Shown here: positions 54,701 to 64,000 of the stretch, piece by piece | How positions within the stretch are numbered: the first letter of the stretch is position 1 | Layout of the letters: each line of letters starts with the position of its first letter | Assembly: GCA_030141605.1 (NCBI GenBank) | Contig: JAQGDQ010000027.1 | Location: forward strand, 806,001-870,000 | Direction of reading: 5' to 3' | Origin: Tubiluchus corallicola | Lineage: Eukaryota > Animalia > Priapulida | Length of the DNA: 64,000 bases | Notes under the pieces: generated by a model | Told to the model about the DNA's origin: nothing | What the model saw: the letters and a program-made list of their open reading frames with translations, nothing else | Database searches by the model: none | Program-made: the position numbers and the translations under genes

Positions 54701-57700
54701 ATTATTATTTATTTAAAAAGACGACTATAAATATAGTACTGTTTTGAATTACAGAATAAGTGTGAGGCCAGAAACAAACCAGAAAAAACACACTAATAGA
54801 AACATAACATTGATTAAGCACAAAAGTGCAATTCCTTTGCTTATCTAATTTATTTAGATTTTTGCTAAATATATTGTGAACTACTAACATAAACTGCAAG
54901 TACTTTAAATAAAGCAAGAATCCACTTACTAAACATTTGCATTCTTGGCAGAGATCCTGAGTTGAATCCTGCAAGTTAATACTTTCACCATGTTCAATAA
55001 CCCTGTCATTATATATACACTGCATTCCTAACAAAAAAACAATTTCATTAAAAATGGCCAAAAAAGGCAGGCCAAACCATTCTTTTTCTAGAGAAAAATT
55101 ATACAAATATAAATGTATCAGATAACAAGCACCATTAACTATGCCAGTATGCATTACATGCAACACATTATGCAAGTAATAAATAAAACATATGCAGTTT
55201 AACGAAATACGCATTGAATTGTTGGTTTAAAAAACACTAATTTTATTGTACACAATATACCTGTTATAGTCTATAAATAATATGAGTATGCGTAAAATCG
55301 TTTTACATAACTCTAAAGGCACATTCAGATTGGAGTATTTTCTCACAAAGAAATTTCGAATGAATTCACACTAGAGAGTAAAATCTGCTACAAGTTGCTT
55401 TCCGACAGCAAGTATAAACAAATGTCGCAGGAGATCTATCTCTGCAGCAGGTAGAAAAAGATACGAGTTCTCAAGATGAAAAGAGTTTGTCTTCATTTGC
55501 ATAAAAAGTAACAAGGCCTGCTGACAGTAAATTTGTAGAGCAGTTCACACTAGCAAGTTTGCTATCAGACAGAAGTCTCCAGACAAGAACCTCTCCAGTG
55601 TGAACACAGCTTTAATGATAACAGTCATTCGAGTTCTTACCACACAAGACATGGCTGTTGTTTCACTTAGTAATTCCACAAATCCTTAAAAGTGAAATGT
55701 AAAACTCCTACAAATAAGAGTTAGGAGTGATACATTAAAAGCAATTTTACTCACCTTCATACAAATCATCGTGGCTAAAGATATTTGTACAGTCAGCTCC
55801 ATCGCTCTGTAGTGGAAGATTATCGCAATCGGGCAAAGCAATTTGTTTGCGCAATTCAGGCGAATGATGTACCTTGCCATACACAGAACCGCAAGTGTCT
55901 TTCTGCAGTTTCTCACAGTCTTCACGGCAAAGATGCTTTTGGTACACAACATCCACCTCTCCAGAGCAAACCGGAAATGTGTAATAACACAACGCCTGGT
56001 GGAAGTAATTTGAGCACTTGGCATCCATCACGTTACTCAAGTGAGAGATAATCTTTCGCAAATTAGACGCCATCTGGTTTTCAATTTGGACCAATGAATC
56101 GTCGGAAGAATAAACAGCTTCTGTGGACAGGTAACGGTTGCAGATCTCGCCTCTATATTGCACACAGAGTTCGTTATCGCTGTATGGGTTGTTATTAGCA
56201 GGTTTGCTTAGTTCACCTTTAGTGTCCGGGTTAGGTTGAATTTCACCTGTACCTTTATTTTCCATGTGAAAGCCCTTTGAAGGAATCCCGTCAGCTAGAA
56301 AATACAAAAAAATACATACCGGCTTTTTCATTTAAATTCCTTCCTAGAGAAAGAAATTTCAATAAACGTCAACAATGGCAGGAGGAAAATAGATTTATAA
56401 ATTAGTTTAGTAAAAGATACCAAAGCAATACTAAATCAGAGTCTACAAAATTTTGCATCTCCACCAAAACTCGCACCAAACACTGTCATTTTTCCAGGCA
56501 ACTATGCTAACCATTACACTACTTAGGAACTTTGACTTTTCAGAGTCGGATATTTACAATGTAAGCCACTATCAGATAGGAATCACAGTCTACACTGTAT
56601 CAAGACATAACTACGAAATCAATCACATACAGTTTTTAAACACACAAAATAATACAAAAAATTAAAAAGAAACTCAATCAGTTTTCTGAATCAAAATGTC
56701 AAAAAATGCCAAACTCGATTCTCCTTATTCTCAGCGAACTTACAACAGGTAGTCGTCGACTTATAGCCTATGCAACTTACAACTGTTCAACTTTACGACT
56801 CAAGCACAACTTAATTAATTAAACAAAACTAACAATAACTCGTATAACAAATTAACTTTCTCTATCTGTTTCGTCTGTTTAATAAATTCATCGGAAGGCG
56901 CTGCCATACTTAATGCATGTACACATACAACATTTTACTTGTAGGTGCACATCATTTTAATATACTGCATCGAGTTTGCCTTGTGACCAATTGACCAGAA
57001 CTGCAAGCCCTAATTATGTCGATAACTACCTGTATTAGGATGCTGATGCTTTTCATTGAGGTAATTGTTAAACTGCTTTAGATGGACGACACATCAATAT
57101 TAAACGGCAAAAATATGTCACCCAGACATCATCGGTAGAAAGCTGGATTGAATTCAGCTGGGCAATTATACAACCAAACTAGTTCGAAATAAGACAGCAA
57201 AGCACTAGCTAGAGTTGAGTCCAAAAAAAGTAATTAATTTACAAAGTACGATGTACAAAATACCATTAAAGAAAAACACCATATCCTCCATATTTTCTTA
57301 TAATTTCATCAACTCACTCATATTCAAAACTAAAATGGAAGGCACAGGTTCAAAAATACTGTTAACACAAATTTCCAAACTTTCCTTCAAAGGTTAAAAA
57401 GCCAGTGAACAAAGATTACACATCGAAATGAGGTCTAAAAAATTTTCCCTCCATGGGATTCAAATCCAGAACCTTCTGCTTTCTTAGCAGCTATGCTAAC
57501 CATTATAACGATCACTTTTTCCAAAAAATTACCATATGGTACAAAAACTGCCTTTTAACTGACACACGTATGTAATTAAACACAGCAAGACAACCATAAA
57601 ACATAATAAATCACCTGTGTCTTTGTGCACTAGGACATGAGCACTAGTCTCTACATGGTCCCTGCCATTATTAGCAATGCAGGTGTAGAGGCCAGTATCG

Positions 57701-60700
57701 GACTCCCGAGCCTTTTTAATCCTTAACATGCTTGTTTTCTTTGTGTTTTTTACAGAAATCCGCTTAGCTTGTACATCAACAACAACGCCATCTTTTGTCC
57801 ATGAATAATTGGGATGCGGCACACCCACAATGCTGCACTTCAGCCTAAACTTATTTCCAACCAACACGGCAACGTTACGAAGATGCTCTCTTACGGTCAA
57901 AATACCTACAACGATAGAACAAGTAATGTCATAGTTGAATATTAAGGCGCGTTCTGACTACGGAGCTTTGTGTCGCGAGTTTTCTCTTTGACAGCAACCT
58001 CACAAGTGTGAAATGCTTTGGGAATTACTGTTGGAAATGTATAACAAATTTTCCGACAATTGCTGCAAATTGATTTGCATTCTAGCGTGAAAACCTCAGC
58101 ATGTTACTCTCTACACTCCTCACAATGAATAGAGAGTACTTACTGTCGGAGAGTCAACTTGCTGAAAGTTTTGCTCTAGTATGAACATGCTTGAGAGTCA
58201 CTTGGGGAGTTAACTTGGCAAGAAAACTCGCTAGTCTGTATGTGCCATCAGAGACATTAAAATAAGCTCAGCAAAAGGCCACGGCTTGAAAGGTAACATA
58301 CTACATCACCTGTCCAAGCAAAGGCGTGGATCTGCATAAATTCATCACTCCAACTCTGCAAAGGGTCACAGCTGAACAATTAATATACACAGCATATAGT
58401 AATTGCTACATGAAAGAGTTTATACAGCTGTATTTTTATTTATCTATTTCCACATTTGGGCTGCCAATAATTTCAATAATTTTCCTCGAATAGTTAAATA
58501 ATAAATTAGTCACAATTTGTATCCCCCTAGCATGGAGCAATATTTCCAATTTATAATTTCCACAATTAACAAAAAGAAAGATTGTCGCGATTCTAAACCT
58601 AGTTTAAAACTGATGGGTACTAAACAAAAAAGGATGCTTACAAAGAAATTTGTGGTGCCCGTTACAGATTAACAAACTTACCAAAACATATTGGGCAGCA
58701 CTGACCAGGTGGTATGTAGTTACTGACGCATGGAACATCACATTCATTTCGTTTACAGTGAATACTGCCAGACTGGAACAAACCAGAGACTCCATGTATT
58801 TCTCAATGCATCAGTTACAATCTGAAAACTGAGCAAAAGTGGCAGAAAACTAAGAAGTGTGAACCATACAAAAAAAGAAAAGGTAACAGTAACCTATGAT
58901 TATCAGGCCATGTTCAAAAATGCTTTAACAGTGGTTCTTAACCAAAAAACATTTTAAAATAGTGAAAGAAACATCAGAAACTTCACCATATACATAAAAC
59001 ATTATACTTGATAACTGAAAAGCAGATAAAATGACGTATGTTACAGAAATACTAGGGCAGTGACGCAACAAACCCCTAATTAGTAAAAATCAAGTTACAT
59101 CAGTATTTGGCAAAATAGTACCAAATTAAGGCAAATCGAGCAAAAAATGTACCAAACCATTACCAAGTAGAATCGCGGTGGACAGAGACTATATTTCTAT
59201 ATTTTGTTACTCTATTACTGCTGAATTGGACCAAAAATATTCTGTTGTTTGCGAAACAGGCTCAGTCACTAAAGAAACCCATTGCTCATCAGGACACTTT
59301 AAATTTGTCATACAAAAAAGTTTACAGTGTTACTATGAGCACATGTATAGTACCTTGGGCATGTGACATCTCAACTATGGATAGCTCTTGTCCAAGCAAC
59401 AAAAAGCTCAAATAATGCTTGGCTGCATTAATAAGGTAAATTTATGAAGTTTTATTGCTAACTGTCTAGAAAATTTCCAACTTAAGCTCTCAAATCACCA
59501 ATGCATCTTGTGAAGAGAATAACAGCAAGAAGTTTGTCTTACTAAGCGACAATAACAATGTTATTATATCATTGTGAATTTTTCAGTGTATGATATCTTC
59601 AACTTACTGCTGAACTAAATCAAATCGAATGCCGTGGAAAATACAAAGTGAATGGTTTGTTTCATCACTACTAAAGAATGATAACTACACTAGAAACACA
59701 TCCAGAGACAACTAGATAAAAAAAGAATCAAAACTTCCTCAGTACTAAACCAGAAATACTTACCAAACATCTACATTCAGAACACTTGTCTGATGGATCT
59801 TCAAAGATCTCTCCATCAGAGTAAATATGGGCCTCAGAAAAACAAGACACACAGGAAGAACAACATTCTCCATCCAGAAAAACAGGATGAGAGCAAGACT
59901 GAGTGCAAGCTATCCTGGAACAGGATATTGTACCATCATCCTACAATTTAGAAAAATATGTGTAATCAAAATGAATTATTCCAGCAATGCAAACTACTAA
60001 ATATTTCGATTACTGTAATAAATCTACATTGCAGAATACCAGAAACTGCTAAATTCTGGTACTTTTCTTTGTTTTAGATGCCAGAAACCAGTTTTGTTTG
60101 AAATCAGTTTGCAATAAATTCCATTTTGATTCCATTCCTTATCTAAATATGTCATCTAAAAGGTCTGTTTTCAAAATTGTGTACAAAGTTGCAATTATTT
60201 AACAATTAGCAGAAAATTACGATAAGTGACAAATTTTAAACGCTCACACTGAGATAAAGAAAAAGCTGTGCATGAAACATTGCTGCTAAGCTAGAAGAAA
60301 GCAAAAATTGCTTACTGAGCATGTACATGTAGAACAAATAGGTGAAGACTCATTCCACTCACTACCGACATTATGAGCAATCCCACTGCTGTCAAAACAC
60401 TGGTGAATCACTACGATGTTCTCAGCTTCAGTCGTACCAATAGTTACAGCATACGATGCCCGTTCTTCTGTTGTTTCATGCCTGACATAACCATCAGATG
60501 TTGTTTCTATGTCCTCTATAATTACAGTTGTTGGTGACGTCACTATAGTCTCATATGATGCCTGTACATGATCAGTATGATCACTATATTCAACAGAAAA
60601 GTATGTGTCGCTTGTAGAATATTCTTCTAATTCCTTAAAAGAAGTTTTCGTTGTCGCTGTAAATTCCTCTGTATAATTTATAGTCACCATATCATTCATG

Positions 60701-63700
60701 TCACTATTCTCTTCTTCTGATTTATTGGTAACTACGTTTATTTCGGGATGTTGTACCTTTTCTACAGTTGGTTGCTCTTCGTCCGGTTTATGTTTTCCCT
60801 TAGTTTTTGTTTTGCATATAGGGCAGCAATAACCCGTGGGCGAGTACCGCTTTTTCTTCTTGCAGTGCAAGGTAGGGCAAGTAGCATTTCGGCATCTCAC
60901 ATCAGCGTTCTGCAAAGAATGGAATAGCATAATTGAAAAGTAAAACACCCTGCCATTAACTTTATGTTAATTTCAACACAACTGTTAATTTTAAAGGCTA
61001 ATTAACCATAGGCGAGTTGTATACGATGTTTACAGCAAAAATTAAAGATTCTGAAGAAATAACCACTGAAAACAAAGTCCAAACACTTACCAGACAAGCA
61101 CAAATTTGACAAGGATCGTCTAAAGGAGTAAACAGTTCTCCATGTAAATACCAGCCACTATGGTGTTCACAATCTGTTATCAAACATAATGAGCAGAATG
61201 AGTCCAAGAAATAGAATTCAGCTTTTCAGGCTCATAAAGTGCAATATATTTTTAAGCAAAATACAACATACCCTATAATATAAAGCAATAAAGCAAACAT
61301 AATGTTATATTTTATAAAATATATGTTGTACTATGCAGCAAAAAGCTCATAGCAAAAATTTCAACTTAAAAAGGCTAAAGAAAAATTAACACTAACTTAT
61401 CATTCACTACCTATCACTTTTCTTAGCCCGATTTTATAAAACCAATGCCATTCAGTAAATGATTTTAACAAAAAGACACTAAAAACAAAGTTGACAAAAA
61501 ACTAAAACCAGCCTTTATGACAAACCAAAGCAACCACATCATCAAAATAGCTTTGGTGAGAGAAACTATTAAACAATACGTAAGAAAAGCACTTGATCTC
61601 AAACAATAACAATATTACTGGATACTAAACAGGTGATAGTATAGATATGCTGGAAATGGTATTCAGTAAAATCAAATATATTTGTTCCTAATAGGTTGCA
61701 AAACTGTAACAGTTTCAGTCTTATTACAAATAAAATCTATGTCTGATGATTTTATTTTCTGAAACTGAAATAGAAATAAAAAACCCTGTTATTATGGCCA
61801 AAGAACTACATAATTTGAAAAGTAAACAGTAGGCGCCGCTTAATAGACTCACGGTTAATAGACTCAATCGCTTAATTGACTCAAAAACGCCTGGAACGGG
61901 CCGCTTCTATTCAAATACACATAAAAACTATCAGTAATTGACTCAATATTTTTCCTTCACTTAAAATAAGATATTTGTAAGTGCCAAAAGAGCCTTTCCT
62001 ACTTTTATGTCATTTTTACTCCCCTTTTGTGCACTATGTATGCACAAACAATCATGTTAAGTACAATTTTGTTTATAAGCAGGTACGTTTATCATGCATT
62101 AATATATATGCTAACATAGTGGTTTTGCTTCGAATCTGTTACCCATTCGCCCACTGTTACCCAAAGAATTTCTGGAAGCTAAACATTTAATCACTTGCCT
62201 ACAGTTTCTTTTTGATGCTCTGGCTGCAAATTACGCTTTCAAGCTTAATGAGTTAACGGTAAAGATGCAAGTACAGTAGTCAGCGGGTATTCCTCGTGAC
62301 TTACATAAACATTGTACAGCAAATACAGACAACGTAAGTGAGCAGATGATTCAGAACTGTGTTTAGTCACACACAACAACAGATTTTCAACGTTTTTATA
62401 ATTACAACAACTTTGTGCGCCAACTTCTTCGCGAGAAAATGAAGCAGCCGACCTTGAAGGATTTTTGTAATTTTTGCAAATAAACAGACTTATATGATTT
62501 CGAAAAGCATACTTTTAATGTATTGCTAATTCACTTATATAAATTAACATTTTAAGATATTTTTTCTAATTTCTAACTGCACAAAAGAATTTAGGCATTA
62601 CTTCTTTTCTAAAATTCATTAAAAAGCCTTTGCAGTGCATAGCAAGGTGATGACTCATACTTCATTACCAGTAATACTAGACCCATCGGTTAATAGGTTC
62701 AGTCGGTTAATTGGGTCAAAACATGTCGGTCCCAAAGTGAGTCTATTAAGCGCCTACTGCAACACCTATTAAATCTGCCTTGCAAATTGGCATACGAGAA
62801 AATCAGACGTAATGCAAAATACCAATGCATATAAACCCTTTTCTTTCCAATGCGATAAAGCAGACTTACCAGCTTCAGCCAACAGTAGCGCCATGTCATA
62901 TTCACTCACATCAATGGATGACCTTAATCCAACTCGAACTCTCCATTCTTTCCTTTCATTAGCAACATCAGATTGGTACTTTTCATCTCCTAACCCATCA
63001 ACTTCACCAACATCTTTCACAAGATTATCGACATGCCTAGTAACCACATCAACAACACGGGCAGCTCTGTAGTTCATTTTCTTCTTACGGCTGTCATCCG
63101 GTTTACCGATACCATCGACTATTGGAGTTATATCCGGAATGTCTAAGAATTTTTTACCATCAGACAGTTTGTTATCATCGGGTAGGTTGCTTTTGTTATC
63201 ACCTAATTTATTGTCTTCAGTAGTGCCTATCTTTAGCAAAGAGTTTTGGTTTTCTTCATATATCAGTCTTGTAGAAGTGGATGTGCGAGCAATTTCTTCT
63301 GTAGAAATGCTGTCTGTAGCTTGCTCAGTACTATTGTCACTAAAACTTTTACCACTACTGTCATTCGTAATACTTTCTTGAAAGTCACTGTGTACAGGAT
63401 GGGCATGTTTAATGCCATCTGGATAAGCAGGTATCAAGTAAATGCCAGAAGCTAAAACTTCGACATGTTCAAGTATGGAGTCATTGTGCTGAGTGACGGG
63501 AAGTTCACTGCTATTCTTTATTTCCATTGAAAACACATCGTACAATATCTTTAAAATAAATTCTTTAAATTCTTGATCCTTGATGCTAAAAATATAATCG
63601 GCAGAATTTGATTTGTTGATGCTGGAGTTGAAATCGCTAGAAAAAATGCAATTAAGAGGAACAGAGGTGTTCTGATTTAGGGCATCGTTGGAACTTTGAG

Positions 63701-63969
63701 CGACACACTTTACGGCAGATTCAGTGGTTGCATTTATTTCACTGACAGCTACATCGTCCTTCTTAATTTCACCACGAATTTCTTTCTCTTCACTGAGTGG
63801 TAACGTTGTACAAGTCTCCAGATCACTAAAGGCAGAATTTCCCAGTGCATTATGGGAAACCATAAACATCACATACTTTTCATCATAGAGTAAATCATCG
63901 AGAAGATACGATCTAGCATTCCCTTGAATTTTTGTAGTCTTGAAGCGCTTCTGAGACGCACGTCTAAAC
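42728..63969 (-). CDS. BMPER/Crossveinless-2/Kielin-chordin-like protein with extra FN3, mucin-like, Ig and Frizzled-CRD modules (5'-incomplete; 19 exons, >1700 aa in window)
   Basis: Exons: 63969-62870, 61173-61091, 60909-60316, 59940-59764, 58772-58682, 57905-57615, 56294-55755, 55027-54930, 53546-53424, 52659-52483, 51271-51098, 50446-50270, 49873-49676, 49179-49080, 47840-47695, 46779-46199, 45274-45148, 44122-43942, 42915-42728. All GT-AG and phase-compatible. About 10 VWC repeats (CxxCxC...CCxxC), VWD (GKMCGLCGNFNG), C8, and TIL (YTECGPECRRTC...CIPGCFC). Confidence 0.85.
48006..48235. mobile_element. Tigger/pogo-like MITE fragment
   Basis: Starts CAGGTAGTCATCGACTTACGACC, the same family as 56746-57032. 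Confidence 0.5.
51348..52078 (-). mobile_element. Tc1/mariner deletion derivative
   Basis: Imperfect TIRs caggtggcacaaaaa / tttttctggaccatctg and a decayed NPLDY-AIW transposase motif on the minus strand at about 51750-51785. Confidence 0.5.
53620..54320 (+). mobile_element. 5'-truncated LINE 3' end
   Basis: EKYPGHILT.DKTDNMDIGRQ...NKLIRYFSNCS, then a frameshift to LFKAYC..FY..LW...KVAYNKGIRIL; ends in AATAAA plus a (TCAA)n tail. Confidence 0.8.
55312..55615. mobile_element. MITE with imperfect TIRs (Harbinger/Kolobok-like); related copy at about 57943-58247
   Basis: taaaggcacattcagattggag versus ctccagtgtgaacacagctttaa. Confidence 0.4.
55755..56294 (-). CDS. Frizzled-type cysteine-rich domain exon (ROR/MuSK subtype) within the BMPER/KCP-like gene
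   Basis: CVQYRGEICNRYL...IENQM...KCSNYFHQALCYYTFPVC...LCREDCEKLQKDTC...LPDCDNLP...DC; 10 Cys; 540 nt, phase 1-1. Confidence 0.9.
56746..57032. mobile_element. Tigger/pogo-like MITE
   Basis: TIRs CAGGTAGTCGTCGAC / GTCGATAACTACCTG, followed by TA. Confidence 0.65.
57446..57516 (-). mobile_element. tRNA(Gly)-derived SINE head or tRNA pseudogene
   Basis: Minus strand reads ATAATGGTTAGCATAGCTGCTAAGAAAGCAG...GGATTTGAATCCC, resembling tRNA-Gly(TCC) D and anticodon arms plus a B-box, with a damaged anticodon loop. Partial second copy at about 56495-56520. Confidence 0.5.
57615..57905 (-). CDS. I-set Ig domain exon (ROR-like) within the BMPER/KCP-like gene
   Basis: LKCSIVGVPHPNYSWTKDG...LRIKKARESDTGLYTCIANNG; 291 nt, phase 1-1. 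Confidence 0.9.
61827..62759 (+). mobile_element. pogo/Tigger-type deletion derivative
   Basis: TIRs CAGTAGGCG(CCG)CTTAATAGACTCAC / GTGAGTCTATTAAGCGCCTACTG, ttaatagactc subterminal repeats, and an internal KMKQPTLKDF PIP-box-like transposase tail. Confidence 0.8.
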
Positions 63970-64000
63970 CTGTTGAAAAACACACAGAACATGTTAAATA

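Noticed and set aside
57446-57516. Functional tRNA gene
   Set aside because: The anticodon loop and B-box are degenerate; better explained as a SINE head or pseudogene.
55755-57905. Independent ROR/MuSK receptor gene nested in an intron
   Set aside because: No signal peptide, kringle, transmembrane or kinase exons nearby, and both exons are phase-compatible with the flanking VWC exons.

Overview
AT-rich, intron-rich animal genomic DNA; the taxon cannot be fixed from sequence alone, but the gene and repeat content suggest an invertebrate. I rebuilt four protein-coding genes by hand from GT-AG boundaries and codon phase. (1) The last two exons of a plant 'pathogen-related protein'-like (SnoaL/NTF2-like) gene (+). 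(2) A complete 18-exon acyloxyacyl hydrolase, AOAH (-, 574 aa). (3) A complete 24-exon anillin (+, about 1415 aa), head-to-head with AOAH across a 188-bp promoter carrying CRE, E-box and CDE/CHR motifs. (4) The 3' 19 exons (>1700 aa, -) of a BMPER/Crossveinless-2/Kielin-family gene with an architecture I do not recognise: FN3 - S/T/D-rich stalk - 3 VWC - [ROR-type Ig + Frizzled CRD] - 7 VWC - VWD (GDPH cleavage site lost) - C8 - TIL. This fourth gene is the main candidate novelty, a possible single-chain BMP+Wnt binder built by exon shuffling. Other points of interest are duplicated LYPSL (ALIX-type motif) exons in anillin, possible ancient AOAH-ANLN-BMPER linkage, and a roughly 0.7-kb inverted repeat bracketing the AOAH 3' exons. 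Introns hold many MITE, LINE and SINE remnants and a 50-bp minisatellite. All exon models are manual and need RNA-seq confirmation.
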